From Macrostomum lignano (Eukaryota): a stretch of 64,000 nucleotides of DNA. A program made the position numbers and the translations under genes. Position 1 is the first letter of the stretch; each line of letters starts with the position of its first letter. The notes beneath the pieces are model-generated. The model saw only the letters and a program-made list of their open reading frames with translations, made no database searches and was not told the DNA's origin. The DNA lies in assembly GCA_002269645.1 (NCBI GenBank), contig NIVC01001355.1:76937-140936 (forward strand), given 5' to 3'. Of the stretch, positions 38,660-64,000 are shown piece by piece.

Positions 38660-41600
38660 TCACACTTTATCGTCGGCATTTTTGATATTGTCTTCCTTGT
38701 TGTTATTAGCGGCAGCCAGGCTGACTCCTGTAGCGTAGCTGGTGCTCCGGCTGGAGCCTCTGTCAGCCGGGCGGCCAGTGCACCGCTTGAACGGTCGCAG
38801 CATTGGCGCACGGACGAAAGAGACGTCCTTGGCGTAGATGATCCAGTTGAAGCCGTAGAACACGGCGTACAGCGCGTTAAACAGCAGGCCGAGACCGCTG
38901 GTGAACAGCACGTTCAGGTAGAAGCCGACCGGATCGTCTCTGGAGTTGGCGGCGATCGAGTAGACGGTGCCGACGCCCAGCACAGCGGCAGCTGGCACCA
39001 GGGTGACCATGTAGAACATGCTCAGGCTGAAGATCAGCAGCGTCACCCTGGCCGCTTTGCGCTCCTCCTTGGCGTTCTGCTGCGACTGTTGAGTCTGCTG
39101 CGAGCACTTCTGACTGCTCTGACGGATCTGGCGAATCCGGCAGGCCAAGAAGGCGTTGAAGCCCAGGATGACCAGCGAGACGATGCCGCCTCGCTGCAGC
39201 AGGAACAGGTAGATGGTCACGATGCTGCGCTGGACAGGCAGCCGAGACGGGACGAAGCACATGGTTGTCAGCACAGGGATGTCAGCGGAGCTCAACGTCT
39301 GGCTGATCTCGAACAGGCCGGGCACCGGCGTGGCGCAGCCCAGGGCCAGCAAGCCTGCGAGGGCGGCAAGGATATAGTGCTGAGTCTGATGTGGCTCATG
39401 ACTCAAGCCTATTCTATCATTGACCCAAGCCTATTCTATCATTGACCCAAGCCTATTCTATCATTGACCCAAGCCTATTCTATAATGACTCAAGCCTATT
39501 CTATCATGACTCAAGCCTATTCTATCATGACTCAAGCCTATTCTATCATGACTCAAGCCTATTCTATCATGACCCAAGCCTATTCTACCATGACCCAAGC
39601 CTATTCTATCATTGACCCAAGCCTATTCTATCATGACTCAAGCCTATTCTACTATGACTCAAGCCTATTCTATCATGACTCAAGCCTATTCTACCATGAC
39701 TCAAGCCTATTTTACCATGACCCAAGCCTATTCTATCATTGACCCAAGCCTATTCTATCATGACTCAAGCCTATTCTACTATGACTCAAGCCTATTCTAT
39801 CATGACTCAAGCCTATTCTACCATGACTCAAGCCTATTTTACCATGACCCAAGCCTATTCTATCATGACTCAAGCCTATTCTATCATGACTCAAGCCTAT
39901 TTTACCATGACCCAAGCCTATTCTATCATTGACCCAAGCCTATTCTATCATGACTCAAGCCTATTTTACCATGACCCAAGTCTATTCTATCATGACTCAA
40001 GCCTATTCTACCATGACCCAAGTCTATTCTATCATGACTCAAGCCTATTCTACCATGACCCAAGTCTATTCTATCATGAGTCAAGCCTATTCTACCATGA
40101 CCCAAGTCTATTCTATCATGACTCAAGCCTATCCCATCATGACCCAAACTTATTCTGTCATGACCCAGGTCTAACATATTATGACTCAAGCCGATTGGGT
40201 TCTGACAAAAATTAATAAGACGTAGGAGTATAGCAATGATTTGATCTTATCTCTCACAGCTCTAAGCTAGCTGACTCCATTCATCTGTTTAACTTTGATC
40301 ATCACAACCAAACTGATTTGTGCAATAAAGATAGAGTCGAGCCTGACTTAACTTTCGGGAATTCTTTAATTTTACCGCTCTGTCTGCATTTAAAAGTACA
40401 AACGGACAAACAGATATGGAGAAACTAGGTTTCGTCAATGATAGATAGCTTTGCATAGCAAATATATGGATTGAGATTTGAGAAATCAGAAGAAACTCGA
40501 TAACGGGAAGTCTTTTTTCTGAGCTCTCGATAAAAACGAGTTTGAATTACACATTAGACTCCCGTCTCTACCAGTTTTAGAGCCACACTATCGGTTTAAT
40601 GAAAGTTAAAGCCCAATTAAAAAAGTTTAGACCGTTCTCTAAACCTACCCGACTCTATACTACTCCTTGACCGAGATAGACACCTGACTCTCTCACAGTC
40701 TCTGGCCAAGATAGACACCTGAATGACTCTCCACAGTCTCCGGCCATGATAGACACCTGACTCTCTCACAGTCTCTGGCCAAGATAGACACCTGAATGAC
40801 TCTCCACAGTCTCCGGCCATGATAGACACCTGACTCTCTCACAGTCTCCGGCCATGATAGACACCTGAATGACTCTCTCACAGTCTCCGGCCATGAAAGA
40901 CACCTGAATGACTCTCTCAGTCTCTGGCCATGATAGACACCTGAATGACTCTCTCACAGTCTCCGGCCATGATAGACACCTGACTCTCTCACAGTCTCCG
41001 GCCATGATAGACACCTGAATGACTCTCTCACAGTCTCCGGCCATGAAAGACACCTGAATGACTCTCTCAGTCTCTGGCCATGATAGACACCTGAATGACT
41101 CTCTCACAGTCTCCGGCCATGAAAGACACCTGAATGACTCTCCACAGTCTCCGGCCATGATAGACACCTGACTCTCTCACAGTCTCTGGCCAAGATAGAC
41201 ACCTGAATGACTCTCCACAGTCTCCGGCCATGATAGACACCTGACTCTCTCACAGTCTCCGGCCATGATAGACACCTGAATGACTCTCTCACAGTCTCCG
41301 GCCATGAAAGACACCTGAATGACTCTCTCAGTCTCTGGCCATGATAGACACCTGAATGACTCTCTCACAGTCTCCGGCCATGAAAGACACCTGAATGACT
41401 CTCTCACAGTCTCCGGCATAGATAGACACCTGACTCTCTCACAGTCTCTGGCCAAGATAGACACCTGACTCTCACAGTCTCTGGCCAAGATAGACACCTG
41501 ACTCTCCTACAGTCTCTGGCCAAGATAGACACCTGACTCTCACAGTCTCTGGCCAAGATAGACACCTGACTCTCCTACAGTCTCTGTCTCGGACTGCTCA

Positions 41601-42732
41601 GCCATGCCATGAAATGCTCGAACCTATTCCAGCCGCCGCAAACTTGCTCAGCTTCAGCCCGTAGCTCCGATAGCTGAACGGCAGGGTCAACGCGTGCAGC
41701 CGGTCCACCACCAGAGCCACCATAAGCAGCATGGCGAATCCGTTGGCAAAGTTCATGACGAACCCCCAGAACTTGCAGAACCAGTCCGCCGGGTACATTG
41801 GGAACTGGAACTCGCCGCGGGTGAACCGGAAAGTGCCGCGATCAACCTAACACGGCGGTGGTTTTTCGTCGATAGAAGATTTATGAAAGATTAAAATCGG
41901 ATTAGCGATTGGGGATTAGCGATTGGGGATTAGGGATTGAGGATTAGCGATTAGGCATTAGGGATTAAGGATTAGGGACAGAGGATTAGCGATTGAGGAT
42001 TAGGGATTGAGGATTAGCGATTAGGCATTAGGGATTAAGGATTAGGGACAGAGGATTAGCGATTGTGAATTAGCGATTCGGGAACAGGGATAGAGGATTT
42101 TCTATTGGTGATTAGGGACTGGGAATTAGCGATGGGGGATTAGGGATAGAGGATTAGCGATTGAGGAATAGAGACTGAGGAAGAGCGATTCGGTATTAGG
42201 GATTCGGAATTAGGGACTGAGGATTAATGATTCGGGATAGAGGATTAGCGATTGGGGATTAGAGATAAAGGATTAGCGATTGAGGATTAGCAATTGGGAA
42301 ATTAGCGATGGGGGGAGTAAATTTTTGATGCCGGGGATTAGGCGTTCGACACCGGAGATCAGAATCGAGGATTAAGGATCAAAGACTTGGGGATCGTACC
42401 GTCTGCGAGAAGAACTGGTGCGACACGATCAGCGCATTGGTGGGCAGCAGGCAGCAGATGTACACGTGCGGCTTCGACCAACGCGACCTCGAGCGCAGCA
42501 TCAGGACGAAGGCGACGAGGTTGCCAAGCAGGCCAACCAGAAAGCAAGTCGGCACCACAATCAGCGCCACCCAGTTGTTGATCTCCTCCAGTATGAGGAT
42601 CCGGTTGAAGAGCTCCCGGTACCAGGCGTCGCGGCGAATGGCGGACTGGAGCAGCCGAAAGAACATGGCGTAGCGATTGGGCATCCCGCCGCTGCTACCG
42701 CCGCCGCCGCCTCCAGTGCTGTTGCTCTCCAT
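38660..42732 (-). CDS. Class A (rhodopsin-like) orphan/peptide GPCR, ~416 aa, 3 exons
   Basis: Exons 42732-42400, 41846-41624 and 39354-38660 (phases 0 and 1). TM1 VVPTCFLVGLLGNLVAF, Cys at the TM3 start (DWFCKFW), DRL at the TM3 end, TM4 ending ..CATP, TM6 RKAARVTLLIFSLSMFYMVTLVP, TM7 ..FNWIIY. The intron 2 donor (GTTCGA) is weak, so that boundary is less certain. Confidence 0.82.
39397..40190. repeat. 21-bp minisatellite (ATGACTCAAGCCTATTCTATC) in GPCR intron 2
   Basis: About 37 copies with 22-bp variants that shift the frame. Confidence 0.95.
40672..41585. repeat. 35/39-bp minisatellite (ATAGACACCTG[AATG]ACTCTCTCACAGTCTCCGGCCATG) in GPCR intron 2
   Basis: About 24 copies in two length classes. 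Confidence 0.93.
41900..42375. repeat. Degenerate 7-bp GGGATTA-type repeat in GPCR intron 1
   Basis: GGATTAG/CGATTGG/GGATTAG variants in tandem. Confidence 0.85.
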
Positions 42733-42914
42733 GCTTACGGAATTCAAAGTGTTTCTATTCTCGACTCACTGTCGGGAAAGTGATCGGGGTTTTATTTATA
42801 GAGATTCTGACTGCGTGGCGGCAGCCAATTAGAGGTGGCTTTAAAGCCGATTCTAATAAACATTTTAATGATCGAAATTTGCTCTATGTTCGGATTGGGC
42901 AATCTCAGCCAGTG

Positions 42915-43385
42915 GGATGGTCAGGGTTTAAGCTGAGATAGTCATGGTTTAGAGTGAGATGGTCATGGTTTAGAGGGAGATGGTCATGGTTTAGAGTGAG
43001 ATGGTCTTGGTTTAGAGTGAGATGGTCATGGTTTAGGGTGAGATGGTCATGGTTTAGAGGGAGATGGTCATGGTTTAGGGTGAGATGGTCATGGCTTACA
43101 GTGAGATGGTCATGGTTTAGGCTGAGATGGTCACAGTTTAGGGTGAGATGGTCACAGTTTAGGGGGAGATAGTCATGGCTTACAGTGAGATGGTCATGGT
43201 TTAGGGTGAGATGGTCATTGTTTAGGGTGAGATGGTCATGGTTTAGGGTGAGATGGTCATGGTTACGCTGAGATGGGCATGGTTTAGGGGGAGATAGTCA
43301 CAGTTTAGGATGAGATGGTCGAAATTTAGGGTGAGATGGTCACAGTTTAGAGTGGTTCATGGGTTTCTAGAGTGAGATGGTCATG
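42915..43385. repeat. 21-bp minisatellite (GAGATGGTCATGGTTTAGGGT) upstream of the GPCR
   Basis: About 22 copies. Confidence 0.92.
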
Positions 43386-43972
43386 AGCTAAAGTGACTAT
43401 GATAGACTCCAAGATGATGATGATCCAGAATATGATAGTGACGTGTCATAGTCAAGAGTCATAGCAGTTCACAGCAGTTTATAGTCAGTGCGTGCACATG
43501 CTTAAAATTGAGTCATGGTAATCTCACGATACTGAATTACCGATGCCAATCGTTCTCAGACTAAAGCATGGAATAAGATAACTGAGATTAGAAGTTAGAA
43601 CCAACCCTTAAGTTTGGTCTGGGCGTGGTTTCATCCAGCAGAACTGGATTTTCGCGCCTTTCCTTTTGCTTTCCCTGTTGACCAAACATGTTTTGCACGA
43701 GAAGCACAGTCCTTCCAGTTCACTGGTCAAAAACTAACCATGCAGGTCAGAACTTTGTTGTTTGTCAAAGCAAAAATGAAAACTTTTGATTGAGGGTTCG
43801 AAAGAGATCGGTTTTGCGTGGCGTCTTTCATAAGATTGAATACAATTTCTTTATTTCTTGGTTTTCAAAGGAAATCAGTGACAAAGTTAAGGCAGAAGCG
43901 ATAAACAAAGATAACTTTACTCTCTGAAGAATGCAACTTTGATTGATAGATCTGAGCAATCTGAGCAAAATC

Positions 43973-44119
43973 TGAGCACTTGCACACAAACGGTCAAGCC
44001 AGAAAATACTGGGTTTAAGAACCGCCGGCACGCGGCGGAGGGGGGGGGCGGAGGAGAGGTGGGCGAAGGGGGTGGGGTGGGGTTAACACACTGTATACAC
44101 TGAAGCCCACGGAGCAGGC
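43973..44119 (+). repeat. Dispersed ~150-bp repeat, copy of 12000-12146
   Basis: Direct sequence match by eye. Confidence 0.85.
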
Positions 44120-45013
44120 CTAGTGTAAAATGACATTTCTTGCGCGACATCAAGTATGAGCGGTAGGAGTTCGACTTCCTGTCCAGCAACCCGGACCGAC
44201 TCTGCAGAACCTGCCGTGCGCACGCAATATTCACCTCCAGGCACGACAGTTCATATCTCCATCAGGCCAGATAATTAACTGCAATTCAGTCAACGCCGCG
44301 TCCTTCCGCCGCTGTAACCGCACAGTCAACGCTTTTTTTTTCATTTAGAGCACCCGAAAACATGATAACCTCGACATTTCCCATATTCGATGTTCAAAAT
44401 TATTGTAATATTCTTCCTAGTTTACCTCCGTTTTATAACTGAATCTATGACACGCTACTAGCAGTAGTGAATTAAAAAGTTGTTTTTAAATTCTACCCAT
44501 GTTAGGGGGAGAGAAGCGCCAGAACGAGTTGAGAGAGTGGAAGAGGATGGGGAAAACTCGAAAACGCCAGCAGCTGCGAAGGAAGGTCCATAGGATCCAA
44601 GGCATTCGAATGTTCGTTCCAGCTTCACCTTCTGCTCCATCCCCAACCCCTGTTGGAGGCTGCGCACGTGGCTGGGAGAAGGGGGGAGGACGCGGTTCAG
44701 CCCCGGAGCCCCCAGCCTCTCTCTCCGAAACAGACAGAAACTTTATCGAGCGCAACTGCTGAGGGAAGCTGGGGGATGTGGTGGATAGTGGGATGCAGCT
44801 GGTCCTGTATTAGTCAGCAATGGGTGGCAGTCCCAATAGCCCTGCGCTGGGGGTTCGGTGCAAGATGAAGGGGCGGGCGACGTGCCTGCCTCGCAAAGGT
44901 CTTACATATACTGACCAAGATTCCAGCTTCTACCTGGAGCGAAAGCGAAGTGAAGCCAGCAGAAATTTCCCACCTTTAACGTCTGCATCGTGCGTATTCG
45001 AAGCAGCAACTCC

Positions 45014-58547
<13,534 letters not shown>

Positions 58548-58589
58548 TCCTGATTGACCTTGGCGACTCCGCTGACTGGGTTGGCTGAA

Positions 58590-59560
58590 TTGGTGACGGA
58601 GTGAGTTGATGACGGAGTGAATTGATGACGGAGTGAGTTGATGACGGAGTGAGTTGATGACGGAGTGAGTTGATGACGGAGTGAGTTGATGACGGAGTGA
58701 GTTGATGACGGAGTGAGTTGATGACGGAGTGAGTTGGTGACGGAGTGAGTTGGTGACGGAGTGAGTTGATGACGGAGTGAGTTGGTGACGGAGTGAGTTG
58801 GTGACGGAGTGAGTTGATGACGGAGTGAGTTGATGACGGAGTGAGTTGGTGACGGAGTGAGTTGGTGACGGAGTGAGTTGGTGACGGAGTGAGTTGGTGA
58901 CGGAGTGAGTTGATGACGGAGTGAGTTGGTGACGGAGTGAATTGATGACGGAGTGAGTTGGTGACGGAGTGAGTTGGTGACGTTGTGAGTTGGTGACGTT
59001 GTGAGTTGGTGACGTTGTGAGTTGGTGACGTTGTGAGTTGGTGACGTTGTGAGTTGGTGACGTTGTGAGTTGGTGACGTTGAGAGTTGGTGACGTTGTGA
59101 GTTAGTGACGGAGTGAGTTGGTGACGGAGTGAGTTGGTGACGGAGTGAGTTGGTGACGGAGTGAGTTGGTAACGGAGTGAGTTGGTGACGGAGTGAGTTG
59201 GTGACGGAGTGAGTTGGTGACGGAGTGAGTTGGTGACGGAGTGAGTTGGTGACGGAGTGAGTTGGTGACGGAGTGAGTTGGTGACGGAGTGAGTTGGTAA
59301 CGGAGTGAGTTGGTGACGGAGTGAGTTGGTGACGGAGTGAGTTGGTGACGTTGAGAGTTGGTGACGTTGTGAGTTAGTGACGGAGTGAGTTGGTGACGGA
59401 GTGAGTTGGTGACGGAGTGAGTTGGTGACGGAGTGAGTTGGTGACGGAGTGAGTTGGTAACGGAGTGAGTTGGTGACGGAGTGAGTTGGTGACGGAGTGA
59501 GTTGGTGACGGAGTGAGTTGGTGACGGAGTGAGTTGGTGACGGAGTGAGTTGGTGACGGA
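58590..59560. repeat. 16-bp minisatellite (GACGGAGTGAGTTGGT) just downstream of the Rbfox stop
   Basis: About 60 copies, with an internal block of GACGTTGTGAGTTGGT variants. Confidence 0.96.
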
Positions 59561-60444
59561 GAGAGCTTCCCTTTTCTCATTTTACGGTAATTCGGTAAAA
59601 CCGCATACATTACTTAAAAAAAACTTCTTTTCACTTTGTTTAATTCGGTTCATTGTTGAACCCTTGGCGTCTCATGAAAAATGATTTTCAAAAACATTAC
59701 AAAATAACTCTCTGATAAAGTCTTTAGCCTCACACTGTAACAGACAGTATTAGTTGTGCCTAATGTACTTTGCAATTTGTGCTGTACATGCTAAGACGTG
59801 GCTCTGGCACCACAGCTCACTGACTTTGTGTTAATTAGCATGCACTGTCTGCCTAGTTGGAAAAATAAATATCGTTTACAATACCCGTACGTACAGCCAG
59901 CAGTGATAGGCTTTTATTGCCTCATTGTTAGATTGTTTCCTTTCGAGGTTACTCACTGACTAAGCTGAGCTGTGCTGAGTTCGGCTGTGCTCACACGCTT
60001 GGGGCAAAAGCCAATTGATCCGCCAAGGAGACCAGGGAGCAGATCATGGACTGCCAGTTCCTGCTCAACCCCCACCCCTCGGGATTCTACAGTTTGTTTA
60101 ATTTTGTTAAGCAAACAAGACTTTACTTTCTAAACCTTACTGATTAGTGGTCTCGTTTTTAAATCTGGATAAACTCAATTCACCTTGACGGGTGAAATGT
60201 TTAAAAATATTGCATGCGCTCTCAGTATGATAATAGTACATTTTTGAACATGCAGATTTCAAGGGAAGAGTTTGTCAGTCCAGGTTCTGGTCCCAGGCAT
60301 TCTTGGCCCCTGCTCAACCAACCGGGCAATAGCGCCCACGCACTGGACAAAAGTTGAGGTTTTTTCTCAAGCCACAACTGACTGCTTCAAACCAAGAAGT
60401 CAGCCACTGTCCGGTCTTCAATAAAAAATAGAGGCAGAAATTTG

Positions 60445-61438
60445 ATGCAACAGCAGCAGAGCCAGCAACAACGGAAGAGATGGTACTCAAGCAGCGGAGG
60501 AGAAGCGGGTTTTTGTGACAGGTAAACTGAGATTAATTGATGGCTCGTAATGCTGACTAGCTAATGCTGACTGGCTAATGCTGACTAGCTAATACTGACT
60601 AGCTAATGCTGACTAGCTAATGCTGACTAGCTAATTCTGACTAGCTAATGAACACTAGCTAATGAACACTAGCTAATGCTGACTAGCTAATGCTGACTAG
60701 CTAATGCTGACTAGCTAATGCTGACTAGCTAATTCTGACTAGCTAATGCTGACTAGCTAATTCTGACTAGCTAATGAACACTAGCTAATGCTGACTAGCT
60801 AATGCTGACTAGCTAATGCTGACTAGCTAATGCTGACTAGCTAATTCTGACTAGCTAATGAACACTAGCTAATGAAAACTAGCTAATGCTGACTAGCTAA
60901 TGCTGACTAGCTAATGCTGACTAGCTAATGCTGACTAGCTAATGCTGACTAGCTAATGCTGAATAGCTAATGAACACTAGCTAATACTGACTAGCTAATG
61001 CTGACTAGCTAATGCTGACTAGCTAATGCTGACTAGCTAATGAACACTAGCGAATGCTGACTAGCTAATGCTGACTAGCTAATGCTGACTGGCTAATGCT
61101 GACTAGCTAATACTGACTAGCTAATGAGCACTAGCTAATGCTGCCGAGCTAATGCTGACTAGCTAATACTGACTAGCTAATGAACACAAGCTAATGCTGA
61201 CTAGCTAATGCTGACTAGCTAATGAACACTAGCTAAAGCAGAATTTCCAATCCCGCTAGCACAGAGCTGAGCACAGACAACTCGAACTCGCAGGTGCAGT
61301 CAGCTGTTCAGCGAACTCTACGAGGCCCTGCTGGATCAGCTCTGCTTCACCTGGACTCGACACCGGCAGCAAGGCAGCCGTCGGCCGAGACAACGGCGCT
61401 ACAGCAGCAACTATCCCGGCGAGAACCCGGAAATTTAA
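60445..61438 (+). CDS. Putative small 2-exon ORF, 73 aa, unknown function
   Basis: 60445-60521 (ATG..GACAG|gtaaac) plus 61294-61438 (cgcag|G..TAA) gives 222 nt in frame: MQQQQSQQQRKRWYSSSGGEAGFCDRCSQLFSELYEALLDQLCFTWTRHRQQGSRRPRQRRYSSNYPGENPEI. No recognised homology. Confidence 0.33.
60545..61235. repeat. 14-bp minisatellite (GCTGACTAGCTAAT)
   Basis: About 49 copies; lies between the two putative exons above. Confidence 0.95.
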
Positions 61439-61507
61439 CAAAATTATAGCTTTGTTTTCATTTAATGGCTGGCCTTTCACAATTAGGCCTGGTTTATACG
61501 CGTAGCA

Positions 61508-61585
61508 GGGGCGCCAGCATCAGGGCGCCAGCATCAGGGCGCCAGCATCAGGGGCGCCAGCATCAGGGGCGCCAGCATCAGGGGG
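61508..61585. repeat. Short 14/15-bp tandem repeat (GGGCGCCAGCATCA)
   Basis: About 5 copies. Confidence 0.85.
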
Positions 61586-62310
61586 CCTCCCCTTGCCCCT
61601 GCCTGCGCCCTGTAAAGATGACAATTTGCATTGTATGGTTTAGCATTATCTCATTCAACCTCTAACCGCCCTGCAAGTTAAGCAGAATTGGCGCTGGTTA
61701 GTTTTAACCTACATTAAATATGGTCTTACCTTCGGTTAGTCGTACTGTGATAGACATGGGTTTGCTGCGACCCCAACCTTTAGTGCTAAATTTTAATAGT
61801 TTTCTTTCATATGCAATGTTACAAACAATAGCGTTACTGATTTATTTGTTTAAATTGATTGATATTTTCTGTATCGGTACACTCAATGAAAAAGTAAGCA
61901 CAAATATTCTAACAAATAAATTTAATGCAATAGAAAACATTCTGAATGTCCTATACTTGATACTAAGAGTAGAATAGAGCGAATTTTTTGCTTTTACTTG
62001 ACTAATTCTTGTCTAATAAGAAAAAACTTATATACAGTTGAATATTGCAATAAATCAATCAATCGATATTGCGCTGAGCTGAGTGAACTCAACAGCTGCA
62101 ATAATGAGCTGAGGAAACCCGACTCTGGTCAGCCCCGGCATTTCTTTGTGAGGCCAATCAATGGAATGAAGGCTAACGCTTGGAATTTGAGATATTCCTA
62201 TTCTAAGCATCTCATAGGTATTTTAGTAATTGAATTATATTTTATAATAATCCTTATAATCCTGGACAGGCATATTGTATGTGTTCAAGGAATCGCTAGA
62301 GTCTAGATTA

Positions 62311-62420
62311 CAGGGGTTGGCAAACTCATGGTCCGAGGGCCACATGCGCCCCGCTAGGCCTCTCTAACCGGCCCTCGGGTCCTTTAAAGCCTCACAATAG
62401 CAATCCGGCCCGCTCAGGGT
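62311..62420 (+). mobile_element. hAT (Charlie/SPIN-like) terminal fragment
   Basis: CAGGGGTTGGCAAACTC..GGTCCGAGGGCCACATGCGCCCCGC..CGGCCC is typical of Charlie-type left ends, and TCTAGA lies just upstream. The other end was not found. Confidence 0.55.
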
Positions 62421-62789
62421 CTGTGTCTCTTCTCAGCTCTCTTCTCTCTTCTCCCTCTTCTCTACCGTCTTTTCTCACCCCTCTCCTCTCTGCTCTCCTC
62501 TTCACTTCTCTATCTTCTCACTTATCTATTCTCTCATTCCGCCTCTCCTCTCCTGGCCACGGCTCTGAGAAACACCGCTCTGATGGTAAGGGCTTAGGCC
62601 ATCCCCCCAGTCGGATATCTTTTGCCTGGCTGTTGGGTTCCGGGTTGCGGCCCAGCGCTCTCTCGCGGACCTTAGCCCCCATTTGCTTTGCAGCGGACTA
62701 TATGGGGTACTAATGTACGAATGTACTAATGTACCCTGCATGATGCTGGAACGCCAACTGAGTTTTGTACAGCTGCTCAACCGGACAAA

Positions 62790-63300
62790 AACCTTGCGTT
62801 GAAGTTACTGGACAACAGGATAGTTGAGCCTCACATCTCTAAGAAAGCCGCCTCATCTACCGCTTCTGAGAAGGGTGCCGGCAACTCTGCGAATACTGCG
62901 GGGTGGGCCGAAACTCGTGCATCGGTTGCTGCCAAGCTTCTAGTGATGCAACTCCCACGGCTACGGAGGGATCCGACAGGTGCCGACAGCGTCCGGGTGA
63001 TGACTGAATGCTTGAGAGACTAGCTGGGGATGTCCAGCAGTTGTGATTTGTCCACTGTCGAGGCTTGATCAGTGAAACTGGAGAAATTTTTGCAACAGAG
63101 ATGTCCATAGTCACCTGGTGCCACCTGTTGAGGGTCCAGAAGCTCCACCTGGATGAAAGCCAGTGACCAACAAAGTCAGAGCTGATGCAGACACGTGGTG
63201 GTCGACGTGCTGATGAAATTTGGAGGCTTGGCAAGGCTGCAGTGCTGATTGGCGCACAGGGGTTGTACTGAATACACTAACGCGTATGGGAAAAATCCGA
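62790..63300 (-). mobile_element. Degraded non-LTR retrotransposon endonuclease-like fragment
   Basis: TILLSSNFNAR resembles the APE ILLGDFNA motif. Frames are broken. Confidence 0.3.
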
Positions 63301-63624
63301 CCTTCTGGCAGAATCGTTGAATATCTCGACGGTCCGAAGGACTGGCAACTTGATTCTTGTTTGAAAAATGGAGTAATAAAAAGTTTGTCCGTGTTCTTGA
63401 ATTTCGTGTGACTGCGTTGCTCCGTTCCGGCGCAGCAAAAAAAACAGCTGGACCAAATCTAGGTTGGACTCCCACCTGGTCAAGATGGCCCTAAGCGGCA
63501 CCGTGCTTCAAGTCCTGAAGACCAGGAGGATCAGGCCCTCCACATCCAATCCCGCCGACAGCCAGTCTGGGCAGCAGCTCCTCGAGATGCTAAAAGCCTT
63601 CGACTGGGGTTGCGGAGTTGGGTA

Positions 63625-64000
63625 CTTACTAAACTTACTTACTACTGACGGGGGCGCAGGCGCCGCAAATAGGCCGCGAGGCCCCTATCGCAACCCCAAG
63701 CCGCACAAGAGGAGGTTAACCCGTCGGAATCCGGACGAAGGCGCGAAGGTCACGGATGTTGTCCGGGGTGGTCAGCTCGTCCATCCGCTGGGGTGGCCGA
63801 GGTATTTGTGCCGCGCCTTGTTGAAGTAAGGGCAGAAAGTGACGTGATGCTCCGCGTCTCCTCTCCTATGCCACAGAAAGGACAGGTGGGAGGCAACCGG
63901 TTTGCAACGAGATATGTCTCTGGAAGAATCATGGCCGGTTAGGACCATGCACATCTCCCTGAGGTCGGTTCTGTTAAGCGAAATCAGATAATCAGAGACT
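63625..64000 (-). mobile_element. 3' end of a non-LTR retrotransposon (C-terminal CCHC zinc knuckle plus (TAAG)n tail), continuing beyond the window
   Basis: [17 protein letters not shown] / [20 protein letters not shown] across a frameshift. Tail AGTAAGTAAGTTTAAGTAAGT at about 63625-63645. Confidence 0.65.

Noticed and set aside
38633-39445. 270-aa plus-strand ORF, and 38877-39260 on the minus strand
   Set aside because: Antisense or alternate-frame shadows of GPCR exon 3, caused by GC-rich codon usage.
39464-41497. TQAYSIM / SLFYHD / RVIQVS repeat ORFs
   Set aside because: Translations of the 21-bp and 35/39-bp minisatellites in GPCR intron 2.
41900-42375. Interstitial telomere (also CCCTAA-like run at 38130-38175)
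   Set aside because: The period is 7 and highly degenerate rather than (TTAGGG)n. The 38130 tract has only about 4 imperfect units.
60487-60521. EEKRVFVTG read as the start of an RRM or Rossmann fold
   Set aside because: That frame has no in-frame continuation resembling either fold at the next acceptor.

Overview
This is eukaryotic (animal) genomic DNA. The style, GC-rich codons with introns packed with minisatellites, suggests a free-living flatworm such as Macrostomum, but that is inference only. I could reconstruct four spliced protein-coding genes by hand with consistent GT-AG phases: (1) MLH1 mismatch-repair gene, minus strand, 8 exons at 121-9181, continuing past the left edge; (2) a voltage-gated calcium channel alpha2/delta subunit, plus strand, about 22 exons at 23953-37575; (3) a 3-exon class A orphan GPCR, minus strand, 38660-42732; (4) an Rbfox/Fox-1 RNA-binding protein, plus strand, 6 exons at 45014-58547. 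Mobile elements include a near-intact Chapaev3-like (CMC) DDE transposon in Rbfox intron 1, two THAP/P-element remnants, MITEs, tRNA-derived SINEs (one CORE-type), a Crypton/DUF3504-like fragment and LINE fragments. About 20 distinct mini- and microsatellites fill introns, and all long repetitive ORFs in the track come from them. There is no CRISPR array, rRNA or convincing tRNA. I found no clearly new system. The best leads are a 57-bp intronic array carrying Rbfox/QKI/branch-point/3' splice-site motifs next to an Rbfox gene, a CACAGTG minisatellite beside a RAG1-related transposase, and a small spliced ORF downstream of Rbfox.
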